From Entomortierella parvispora E1425 (Eukaryota; Fungi; Mortierellomycota): a DNA stretch of 64,000 nt. Below the pieces are notes generated by a model that was not told where the DNA came from, did not search any database, and was given only the letters and a program-made list of their open reading frames with translations. Where the stretch lies: NCBI GenBank assembly GCA_020891255.1, contig BQFW01000011.1:124001-188000 (forward strand), written 5' to 3'. A program made the translations under genes and the position numbers. Positions 33,646-44,652 of this stretch are shown one piece after another; position 1 is the stretch's first letter; each line of letters opens with the position of its first letter.

Positions 33646-35301
33646 CTACGCCTTCCACACAGCAGCAGAAGCCTTCAACTTTTCTTCCCACCAGCTCTCC
33701 CACTTGACGACCTTCTCCTCCCTCCTCGCCTCCTCTGCCGCGAAAACAACAGCATGGCTCCGAACTGCCTCTTCAAGCGTGCAACCCACAAATCGCGCCT
33801 GTGCCGTCTCAACATCCAGCTCCCCATTCTCAACAGCCTCAACAGCACCCACAAACTTCTTTGTTAGTCCATAGTCTCCACCCCCATGCGACTCCTCCTG
33901 GTCCAGCGGCGGCGGTGGCACACGAATAACAGTCCTCTTCGACGTGTCGAAATTAAACACCGAGATCGTGTCGCTGTCATACGTAATTTCGCCAGTGGTT
34001 CCGTAGACCCGCCCTCGCCGCTCGCACAGCTTCTCTGTCGGCGCGATCATGTGGAACGAAGCTGTCTTTGCAAGCCGATGTGGAGGCATGTCCTCGTCGT
34101 CCCACGCAAGTGTCACGACCTGATCATCACAAACGTCGTTGTCGGCTTCGTACACGCACCGTCCGTACCATGGTTTGCTAGCGATAACCGAGTCGGGTGT
34201 GCTGGCGCGGTCGTAGTCCTCAGCCAGGCGAGACATGAGGTGGGATTGTGCAGCGGACGCGCCATGCGAGTGGAGTACATCCTCGATATCGGGGCAAACG
34301 ATCTTGAGAGGCCAGCCCAAATGACCCTGTGCCAGGAAGCCGCCATAGCTGCGGCGCGCGCTGTAGAGGCAGTCTTTCTCAGCGGGGCAAGAAAGACAGT
34401 TCGTCGCTTCGCCAGCGGCAGAAGGCTTGCGCGCGCGACGGAACTGGGTCAATGCACCAGCGGAAGAGATGGAGCGCGGAAAGTGTGGAGAAATGGCATT
34501 GGCGCGAGCATCCTCCAGAGACGGCGGCGAACAGAGCAGCCAAAGGATAAAGTCGATATCATGGCATGACTTGGTGAGGAGGGAGCCGTCACCGGCGGGC
34601 GTAGCACGACGCCAATTGCCACGCACATAGCTATGAGAGAAGTGCCACCAGCCCACGGGCTCGCAGTGTTCCAGGGAGACGATGTCACCGATGGCGCGGT
34701 CAGAGTGGAGGAGTTTGCGGAGGAGAATATTATGCTGGCTGTAGCGTAGGACGTGGCCAATGGAGAAGATTTTTGAGGGAGTGGCGGGAGTTTGGGACTC
34801 GCCTTGTGGTGGTTGGAGAGTTCGATAGATAGTTAGGCAGTCATTGAGAGAGAGGGCAAGAGGTTTTTCGCAAAGGATGTGGAGGCTGAGGGGAGCGAGG
34901 GCTTGAATGACCTCAACGTGAGTTTCGTCGAGTGTGCAAATGAAGACGCCGTCAACGCCTGGAGGAGGAGGGGGAGTTGCGCCATTGGGATCAACATTCT
35001 GGCTTGCTCGTTTGCGCCGCTCGATCTCCCAATTCACCCACTCGCGCCAGTCGGCGAATTCTTGCCCTTCGGCTGACGACCCTTCTCTGCCCCAGATGTA
35101 GTTTCGTCCAAATTCGCGTCGCTTGAAATCGTGGGGTTCGGCGACTGCGTGGATGACGCCAGGTGTCGCGGTTGTGACGGCGCGAGCGTACGCATTTCCA
35201 CGGGATCCGGCGCCGATGACGAGGAAGCGGAGCTGTCTTGGAGGCGAGGGGGAGATATTCTCTTTGGTGCCCGAAAGGAGTGGGATTAGATCTTTCAACA
35301 T
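33646..35301 (-). CDS. Gfo/Idh/MocA-family NAD(P)-dependent oxidoreductase (fungal StrI-like), ~551 aa, intronless
   Basis: FLVIGAGSRGNAYA Rossmann motif, ILCEKPLA, IGHVLRYS, HFSHSYVRGNWR, LLTKSCHDID, YGRCVYEADNDVCDDQVV, HGGGDYGL. First ATG at 35301. Confidence 0.9.
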   Translation of the reverse strand: MLKDLIPLLSGTKENISPSPPRQLRFLVIGAGSRGNAYARAVTTATPGVIHAVAEPHDFKRREFGRNYIWGREGSSAEGQEFADWREWVNWEIERRKRASQNVDPNGATPPPPPGVDGVFICTLDETHVEVIQALAPLSLHILCEKPLALSLNDCLTIYRTLQPPQGESQTPATPSKIFSIGHVLRYSQHNILLRKLLHSDRAIGDIVSLEHCEPVGWWHFSHSYVRGNWRRATPAGDGSLLTKSCHDIDFILWLLCSPPSLEDARANAISPHFPRSISSAGALTQFRRARKPSAAGEATNCLSCPAEKDCLYSARRSYGGFLAQGHLGWPLKIVCPDIEDVLHSHGASAAQSHLMSRLAEDYDRASTPDSVIASKPWYGRCVYEADNDVCDDQVVTLAWDDEDMPPHRLAKTASFHMIAPTEKLCERRGRVYGTTGEITYDSDTISVFNFDTSKRTVIRVPPPPLDQEESHGGGDYGLTKKFVGAVEAVENGELDVETAQARFVGCTLEEAVRSHAVVFAAEEARREEKVVKWESWWEEKLKASAAVWKA

Positions 35302-35829
35302 TGGACAAGAGTTCAAGGAGGTGGAAGGGCTAGATTGAAGGTGCTGGAAAATAGCACCGAGGAAACTGGCTACTTTTATATGAATTGGTGTGGCAAGGTG
35401 AATACCAAAAGTGGCACTGTTTTGCCGAGGGAGTCAGCAGATCCACCCCTGTCCCGGTGGCACTGTTCGAGGTGCATGGTTGTTTGGTGCAACTGCGGTA
35501 AAAACTGAGATCAGAAGGATAAGAAAGGCCGAGAATGCGCGCGGGCCTTTTTTCTGCGACTCTGGGAAGCAACGGGCGATGTTTATTATTGACATGGGTG
35601 CATTCAGTGCATGTGGAGCTCAAGTTGATTGCTGAATGGTTGATGGTTTATGTGTCTGTGTCTACATCTGGTCAGTGGAAGCCAAAAAGGCCGAGGAGAA
35701 TCAAGAACGAGGGCTTTTTGAAGGACGGCGTGACCCAAAAGGGGGGAACAATTGGACTTGAGTATGGGCAGAACCTTCACGCGACCAATGCATTTTCTCT
35801 TTCCTCCCTCCTCGCAATGCATCGACTGA

Positions 35830-37563
35830 CCAATCTGCATTCATCCACCTCGAACGCGCCATTCTGCTCCGCTCCCGTTGTCTGCTTCAACCCTGACCTC
35901 ATTACACGGATGCGTCTAGTCAACGCTCATCCTGGTTGCATTACTTCCAGGAAAATGCATCCACTGAACGGAACTACCTCACCCATGAGCAGACCTGTTA
36001 GCCGTCATTTATGCCTTGCGACCCTGCTTCTACCTCGACGGCACCAAGTTCACTGTCCACGCCGACCATGCCGCCCAAGACTTCCCCACTCGGCCCAAGC
36101 TCACTCGTCGGCAGGTCCGTTGGATAGTGTTGCTGCAGGAATATGACTTGGGTTGACAATATCGTGCCTGTGCCTGACGCCCTCTCTCGCCGACGGGACT
36201 ACCACGATCCTGACCCCGTCGAGCTGCACAACCTCAGTATCTCCCTGTCTTCTGACGTCGCAACCAGCTTGTTCAAGACTACCACCGCGACCCTTGTCTT
36301 GGACCTATTTGCAGGGACTGTGATGGGAAGATTGCGATTGCTAGTGGATATCGGTTCCAGAACGACCTCCTCTACTTCGCCCGACTGGATCTATCATCCA
36401 TCCGCCTAACTCTCCCACGACTCGATCTCAGCCGGACACCTTGGCTTTAAGAAGACCCACGACAATCTGCGCCGCTTGTGTATTAGCCACATATCGCCAA
36501 GGACACCCGGCTCTATATTTCGACTTGTGGAAAGTATCAAAGGAACAAAGGATCACAGGCACAGGACTGTTGCAGCCCTTTCCGATCCCATCTCAGCACT
36601 GGGAAGTCGTCACCATGGATCATCGGCCCCCTCCCTCCAATAGACCGCAACTTCAACAGTTTTTGTTGACACACTCACCAAGCTTGCCCACTTTGTCTCC
36701 AGCGCCACTTCAGTCACAGCCCTCGACGTCGCTTATTTTTTTTTTTTTTTGACAACTGCATGGACTACCCACCTCCATCATATCGGACCGTGACACTCAC
36801 TTCACTAGCAAGTTCTGGCAGGAGTTGCACAAGCTACTGGATGCGAGGTTGGCGCTGTCCACCGATGGGCAGACGGAGGCTATGAGCAAGACACTGAAGA
36901 CTATGCCCCGAGCTTTCGTTGGCAACGCCTACAACAATGCAGTCAGCACTTCAGTGGGCTACTCACTGCTCTTCCCCAACATTGGCAACATCCCCTCCTT
37001 CCAACCGCACTTCTCGATACCCCCAACAGCTCTGTCCCCACTGTCAACTCGTTCCTCACAGAGCAGGCCACAACCCACATCCCTGCCCAGGATGCGCTGC
37101 ATCGTGCCCAGGGCCACCAAGAAGAGCAGGCCGACAAACGACGACGCGACCATAGCTACGAAATCGGTGATCAAGTCTTGGTAGATGCCACAAATCTCAC
37201 AAGTCCTGCCGACAGCACCATACCAGGACCCTTCACACTGTTAAAGCAAAACTTGCCGTTCACCTTTTGCGTTGAATTTCGTCCATTCTACAAGCTCCAC
37301 AACGGCTTCCATGATGACACTTTACGACCCTATTTGCCATCCCCAGAATCTCTCGACTCTCGGAAGCAGCACCACCGGACCCAACTGTAATCGATGGCGA
37401 AGAAGAGTACGAAGTTGAAGAAATCTTGAAGTATCGACGTTACCGCAGGCAGCATCAATTCCTGGCTTCATGGAAAGGCTATGGAAGAGAAGCCGACCAA
37501 TGGGTTCCACTGAGCAATTTGGACAATGGTGCTGACAAGGCCATGGACTCATTTTTAAAGTGA
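35830..37563 (+). mobile_element. Degenerate Ty3/Gypsy chromovirus pol 3' half (RNase H, integrase, chromodomain)
   Basis: Across frames: SAPVV.FNPD, ERNYLTHE..LLAVIYAL, RRQVRWI.LLQEYD, DALSRRRDY, HDSISAGHLGFKKT, GLLQPFPIPSQHWEVVTMD, SDRDTHFTSKFW, DGQTE, GPFTLL. Chromodomain EYEVEEILKYR...FLASWKGYG...WVPLSNL at 37393-37560. No LTRs or RT seen. Confidence 0.9.
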
Positions 37564-38546
37564 CATTATGACAGTTATACGGTGATATCACGCGAATAAA
37601 CATAACTTCTTGTCTTCACTCTGTCCCCAGTGCTCCTATTGCAGAGTGCCAGCTGCTGCTTCTCCAAAGGTCAGCCACCAAGTAGTTCTCAAGTATGATC
37701 TCTGGTGTTATGAATACAGCTCGGCAGTCCCAATTCTTAAATCTCGCGATGGTACAGTACCATCGGTGGTTAGCTGAGGCTGCTGAATCGGAGCACCTGC
37801 AAATCCTGATGCTGCCCAGCTATTATCGCTCGTCGCACAGCGAATATTGTGACTACGACAACCTTGGCGAAGACGAAGTCGTAGTTTAGCTTGAATGTCG
37901 CAGGTTATCCAGGTAGCTCTCCAACGGCGACAGCATTGGCTAGTCTTACCTACCTTGGGCGATTTCTATTATAAGGCAATCGGTGCACACTGTGGTCCTG
38001 GCGGCTAACATGGTGAAGTCGCAGAGGATTACTGCAGTGTGTTCATCCCTTGGCCAAGCCAGAAAAGGTAGAACTCCGACATGCGCTTTAGAGTTGGCCA
38101 ACAGACGGCGTGGCCACAACGCCGTTCCTGAAACTTTAATATTTTTTCACACCAACGACATGGTCGGGTGCACTGCCTCACTTGGCCAACTGGAGAGTTA
38201 CAGTACAGTAGTGGATCTAAAAAGACTCTGCAAAGGTTGTGAGGAACTTGAAGGCAAAGCGATTGTTTTGGCAAAGTAGACTAGTTGAGTTTCCTCTCTG
38301 TTTAGGCAACAATGGGGACAATCAATCCAAGGGATTTTCCTCCGCGTTAGTCTCTTGTTTGTTTGACAACTTCAACAAATGACCTTGGGGGGCAAAGCGC
38401 ACACAACCTCAGTTCGGGGAGTAATACGCTTAAATACTCCACTTTCCCATTTTCCGTTCCTTTCCAGTATCATTTCCTTCTCTCCCAACACATCTCCCTC
38501 TTCACATATCCAAATTAAGATTTGTCTCCACGGCAGACCTGCAACA

Positions 38547-39802
38547 ATGCGCTCGTTCACAGTGACTCTCCTTGTGGTCACGCTGGCTGCCCTCGTCTTT
38601 GGCAGTGTGGCAGCCGCAGACCAGGCCCAGCAAAAGCCTCGCTTCCACCCTTCCTTGAAAACCTTGTCCTCCTACCCTTGGAAAGCCTTGGCTGTTGGCC
38701 CTTACCCTAGCTCATATAAGCCCCGGTATGCCGCTGCTGTCCAACATCTCGACAAGCGCCAGGGCAGTTGCAGTAGCTATCCTAATAATCCATATTTGTG
38801 TGGAGACCTCTGTTGCCAGGTATTATATTGCCCTGATTTTGCTCGAATTGCCCCGCCTTCTATTACACGACTAACAAAAAAAAATCGTCTTTTTATAGTA
38901 CGGATGCAGCGGTAAGACAGAGAATACATGATCCACAATCTCTCCATGGAATCATGGAGAATATCCCTGGTTTTTCTAGACGTTTAGTCGCTTAGTTTTA
39001 TTTAAATCATTATTCATTAGGTGATGCCTGTGGATGTCCTTCCGATTACTCATACTCGTGCGGAGACCTCTGTTGCCAGGTATTATATACTATCCTTCTT
39101 CCGCTCGAATTGCTCCACCTTTTGTTATTCGACTAACAAGAAAAAAATACTCTTCTTCATACTTCAGTACGGATGCAATGGTAAAATGGAGAAACATGAT
39201 CCACGTCCACGATCTCTTGCAGGCATCAACGAGTATATCCCTGGCAGGTGTTCCTAGTCGCTTACTTTTTGTTTAAAAACAATATTCATTAGGCGATTCA
39301 TGTGGATGTCCTTCTGATTACTCATATCAGTGTGGAACCTACTGTTGCCAGGTATTGTGCTATCCTGCTTCTGCTCGAATTTCTCTACCTTTTGTTACTC
39401 GACTAACAAAATGTTCTTCCTTATACTACAGTATGGATGCAACGGTAAAATAGAGAATACATGATCTACAATCTCTCATTGTCATCAAGTATATTCCTTG
39501 TAGGTATTCCTAGTCGCTTATTTTACTTGAATTTAAAATATTATTCCTTAGGTGATGCCTGCGGATGTCCTTCTGGTTCATTCATGTGCTCCGACTTGAG
39601 CGGTTGCTGTCTCAATGGCTATACCTGTACTGGCACAGATCTGTGTGCTCCTCCAACGCCATCTCCTCCAGCTTATTCCTCTTCTCCAGCTTATCCATCT
39701 CCTCCAGCTAATCCCTCTCCTCCAGCTGATCCCCCTCCTTCAGGTAATCCCTCTCCTCCAGCTTATCCCCCTCCTCCGGCTTATCCCTCTGCTCCAGCTT
39801 AA
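38547..39802 (+). CDS. Secreted Cys-rich repeat protein with three 13-nt microexons and a Pro-rich stalk (N-terminal part of a probably longer membrane protein)
   Basis: Exons 38547..38819, 38899..38911, 39021..39079, 39168..39180, 39293..39351, 39432..39444 and 39552..39802, all GT-AG and in frame. Signal peptide MRSFTVTLLVVTLAALVFGSVAAA, KR site, 24-aa repeats such as YGCSGDACGCPSDYSYSCGDLCCQ. Confidence 0.8.
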
Positions 39803-40050
39803 CCTCATCAGCACGTCTACCAATGACCCCAACAATCAAGGTAACTCGGAGTGTAGCAGCTCCGGCACCTCTGAGGTCATTGCCGTAGCTGTAGATGCTG
39901 CCTTGATCGCGGCTTAAAACCCATCTGTGGATATATTTTTGTTTCCTTCGTCACCCAAACCCTGTCGTTTCATCATCAAAATGCCATTTCCTACTATGCC
40001 TTCGCTCACCTCCTTCCTCTCCTTTCTCTCATTCTTTACCTCCTCTCCAG

Positions 40051-40988
40051 CCAAAAACTCCAGCCACTCTGGTCTCTCGACGCCTGCTACTATTGGGATC
40101 GCCGCCGGAGCCGTAGCTGCCGTTGGCTTGACCGCGGCCATGTTTGCATTGAAAGCGAAAGCGACGGCAGCGAAAGCGGCACACCTGGCTCAACAACATG
40201 CTGGAGCAGCACATGCCCATCAGCTAGAGCCGATGAATCATGGTGGTCACCCTAATCATGTCAGTCATCATCACCCCGATACCCAAGGATCCCATCCCCC
40301 GCAACATCATCACCATGGAGGGCATCAAGGCACATCACAGAGCCATGACCCATCTTCTATGGGACAAGCACACCAAGGTCAATCAGGTCTATCCTCTGCG
40401 GGACAAGCGCATCAAGTTCATTCAGGTATATCCTCTGCGGGACAAGCACACCAAGGTCAATCAGGGCTATCTTCTGTGGGACAAGCACACCAAGTTCATT
40501 CAGGTCTATCCTCTGCGGGACAAGCTCACCAAGGTCAATCAGGTCTTTCCTCTGCGGGACAAGCGCACCAAGGACAACTAGGTCCATCAAACGTTGGAGG
40601 GATTCAGCAACCCCTTGGCCATGGCTTACAAAATAACCCCACCCTTCAAGGAGTTTATTCTCCAGGAGTGGTGCATCAGCAACCCCTTGGGTATGGCTTA
40701 CAAAATAGCCTACTCCCAGTGGCAGTTTATTCTCAAGGAGTGGCGCATCAACAACCCCTCAACACCAGCAGCCCCAGTGGCATGCTTGCATCACCCACAA
40801 GCCCAACAGTCGTGCCCTTACCATTCCAGAACACCATGGGTTCCTCGGCCTCAAACAAGTATGAGTACAATGACGCACTGCAGGTATCGCCGCGTAATAG
40901 CGCATTGGCATATGAAGGCATCAGTCCTCCGCTTGCCAACCAATTCTCTCATCATCAAATTTCACAACCAACGCCAAAGCAGTCATAA
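40051..40988 (+). CDS. Exon encoding a transmembrane helix and His/Gln-rich repetitive tail; likely C-terminal part of the 38547 gene
   Basis: Pyrimidine tract and CAG acceptor at 40048-40050; IGIAAGAVAAVGLTAAMFAL followed by KAK; about six 13-aa SGLSSAGQAHQ(G/V)(Q/H) repeats. Confidence 0.6.
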
Positions 40989-41199
40989 TAATGGGCAATA
41001 TGTCGAGTCTCAATACCTTGGAAAGGCGGCATCTTCAGTTCCAGGACGTTAGCTGCCGATCAAGCAGTCTGAAAACATCATTGCTGTACCATACATAGTA
41101 ACAAATAGGAGGATGACCAAAGAGGAGCCCAACGTTGCCTTATCAAATGCCAAGGTCAAAAATGTACAAAATGTCCTATGATATTATTGACCATGTGTC

Positions 41200-44057
41200 C
41201 ATGATTCATCTAAAACTAGTTGAGGTAAAAAGTTCATCAACATGGAGCAGCTTGTACTTTGAATACACCTTGCTGTTGAAATGTTGTGTCTTATGAGACT
41301 GTTCATTCTCTTCAGCATCCACGTCCACATCCACATCAGCATCCAATAGTCGTTATGGTCACTGTCGATGAGAATATTCCCGCCTTGCTCTGCATCTAGG
41401 TCTAGACTGGCCATGTTTTCTTTCGGCTCAAGGTGTAATGGCTCAAACCCCAGAACTTCCTCTGAGCCAGTGTCTACGACCTCTTCCCCTCCTTTAAGTT
41501 CCATTGGAAATGTCGTGTGATGCACCGCCTCTAGAGCCTGTCGCAGGTTCGTCTTGTAACGCCCCGGCTAAAAATTGATATGTCCATAAGGAAAAAGATC
41601 GGGAAGGAGATTGAACATTAGCGTGGGACTCAAGTTCTACAGTTGCACGTCCGCTGCCCTGGACCTGGACACTTGCCTACACAAAACACTCCTGAGAAAT
41701 TTGATGCCCCGAATGCTCGGCTTGCCCAGTCCCAATGTCCATGAGGCCCTCACCGAATTGCTCTGACACCGCTGGTACTGGCGGACAATCCTTCTACTGA
41801 GGATTGTGAACGCGGAGCCAGTTCCACGCCACGCTGAGGTGATCCCGGTTTGCCAGAGGTATTGTCAGATCGTGGACGAACGGGTCCACGCCTGCAGTGA
41901 CAATCTTGGCCGGTAGATTGAGGCATGTGCACTAACACATGGAAAAGACAGGGACTGACCAGACACTGAGGGCATCAATGAACTGAAGGTCATGACCACC
42001 CAGGTACTGAAAATCGTTCCAATAGAGTCCTTTGAGCGCCACTGGAACGTTTCCTTCAAAGACAAAATTGCCGTGCTCATCCATCCGTCGTAGATGATTC
42101 CCTCAGCTCTCATTGACAAAGACTATCTAATTTAACAAATATAGACCGTTAGTACATACATACATACACACGGCCTTGTCAAGGTCAAATCTTTCTTTTA
42201 TAAAAAAAATAAAATAAAATAACAAACACCTACCCATTCGGCCATTTCAATGATTTTTGTGGACAGATTCTGGTGAAATTTGCGCGCGGTGAGATTGTTC
42301 CTTCTCCATGTCTCCATGCTAGTTCAACTCTGTACTGCAAGCATGGCCGTGGTACGGCGCCAAGATCAAAGGTAGGGTCCGGTTACAGCGTCTTATGCTT
42401 CAATCAGGGGTATTGTCTCTTTTGAAAGAGGATCCGGCAGCATACGCAACAGATGCTCCTTCTCGTTCTCCTCATTGTCGTTGCCAATGTCGCTAGCATC
42501 GTCCCTGCGGTCCTCTTCTTCCTAAGCGTGCAACAGCAAACCGGACGTGGATATAGGGTCCTCAATAGATAGTGCCGATCCAAGACTCTCGAGTTGTTCC
42601 ATACTAGTGCCATCACCGATGGGAGCTCTATATGCACAACGACAGTAGAATCGGCTGTTTAGTTGGCGGCAGCATCCCCGAGCCACTCTAAAAGACCACC
42701 AACCTACTCCTGGTGCAATGCAAACGACTTCGAGTCGAAATGATCGTCCTGACTACCTCTATGACTCTGTGACAATCATCCCTGCATGGCATGCAACCCT
42801 GATACGTCGTCAGTATCGTCGTCCTTTGCAAGTCCTTTTCGAAATGTCCACAGACCATTGACTATTGACGAATCGAATAATTAAGACATGAGCAAACCTC
42901 CATTCGACCACATCATTGGCTCATTGGCCACCCAAGTACCTTCTCTGTTGTGTCGTGTTGGTCTGTGAGATAAAGGACGATCAAAGGCAGCAAGGTTAGA
43001 GTAGATATGCAAAGACACAGCAAGAGTAGATATGATACAAGATGCATCCTCACGGAGGACAAGAGAATACGCGGCGCGACATGGCACGTGCATGATGCAG
43101 TACTCCCGACTGGAAGCTGCTCGGTGACGTCAGAGGGTGGTCCTTGGGACCAAGACAGATATCGGTCGTCTCTTTTGTTCTCTTTCTCTTTCCTTCTCTG
43201 TTCATGACCATCCCCTTCTTCCTTTCCTTCCTTCCTAGCACAAACACTGCTACACAACTCCTCCTTGAACACAGCTGCATTCATAACCGTCTCTACTCTC
43301 AAGGTAAGACGACGCACTGCCACCTTGGATCATCGAGAATCTGCTCGGACGCGACCTAGACGCGACTCTTTCCTCTGTCCTCTCTCGCTCCCTTAGACCT
43401 CAACCATCTGACAGCCACTAGCACAAGTCTGAACCTCGTGTGGAGCATCAAAGACAGCAAGTGGTCGAGACCTCTTAGCAGCAGTGCAATGAGTGAACAC
43501 CTTTTTTTACGCCTTTCTTACGCCTTTCTCTCAGCATAACTCAGGCACCACTCAATCTACATGAACTCTACTATGCTTGTCATCTCCAGCTGAACTAAAA
43601 CGAAAGATAATGACCGATAGCAGATGACTTCTCAAGGACATGGTTCCCCCGACATCATCAGCTTGCCAACGATATGATCAACATCAGGATAAAGGTCGTG
43701 ATGTAATTGACTTTAGTGGATAGTACATGATCAAGGAGTATGAGGTCCAGGGCCGTAGGTACACCCACAAGTTCATTATCGATAGGCCCGCGAGGATCAT
43801 TCCCAGCACGCCGTCCTTTGAGAACTTGCCGGTCGCCGCATTTGGACAGACGGTTCGTATTTCCTACTTTTTTTTTCTTTCTTGCAGTTTATTGTTTATT
43901 GTTGTAGATCAGAGGGAAGTTGGCTCACAGTCTTTATCATGTCTCTTGTTCTTCTTCAGGTGTCAGAAACCCCTCAAGATGCTTCTGTACCGACCCTGAT
44001 CAGGAGCATACAATATCAGGAGCTCTCTCGTGACTGAGACCAGGGGTTTGCCCCCCT
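41200..44057 (-). mobile_element. Helitron 5' half remnant, copy 2 of the duplicated block
   Basis: Colinear, same orientation, with 13660..16420. Relics YSKYKLLHVDELF, NLLPDLFPYGH and AWNWLRVHNP. Extra ~280-bp segment at ~43700-43985. Confidence 0.6.
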
Positions 44058-44652
44058 CCCACCAGCCTTCACGCCGACCCTCTTTTGATCAACCGCAAGG
44101 GTTCCACCTCAAAGACAAGGACCAGTGCTACCACAACACCGCCCTTCGGTCTTGCAGCACCATGCGATGCAATGCCCTTCCTTCTCACGCTCAGATCGGG
44201 GTGAGTGAGGGGTACATCAGTATCACAACTCTGACCTTTTTCTACTTACCGTGGCTAATCACTTTTAGCTCATTCCTTTTCCTTCCCTACAGTAGTCGAT
44301 TCGGATGACGAGAGCCACATTTATTTCAACTCAGGAGGGACATGTACCGAATCAAGATATGACAGGGGCACAGAGGTAGTGACAGCAAGTCCTTGATCTT
44401 TGCTATTTCAAACGAGATGTTCCCACAAGCGCGTCTTTAACCTGTTTTTTTTTCTCTCCTTACTCTTAGGCTGCCTTGACATCGTTTCTGGCTTGAATGT
44501 CTGCTGGGGTACAAGATCTATCCAGCCAAACGTGATGTCCTCCCATGGGAAGCATGGGCTGTCTGCCTTTGTCCTTTTTTGGTAAGATGATGCTGCACCG
44601 GAAAATACACGATCGACATTCATCTCATGCCCTTTTCATCTTTACTAGGTAG

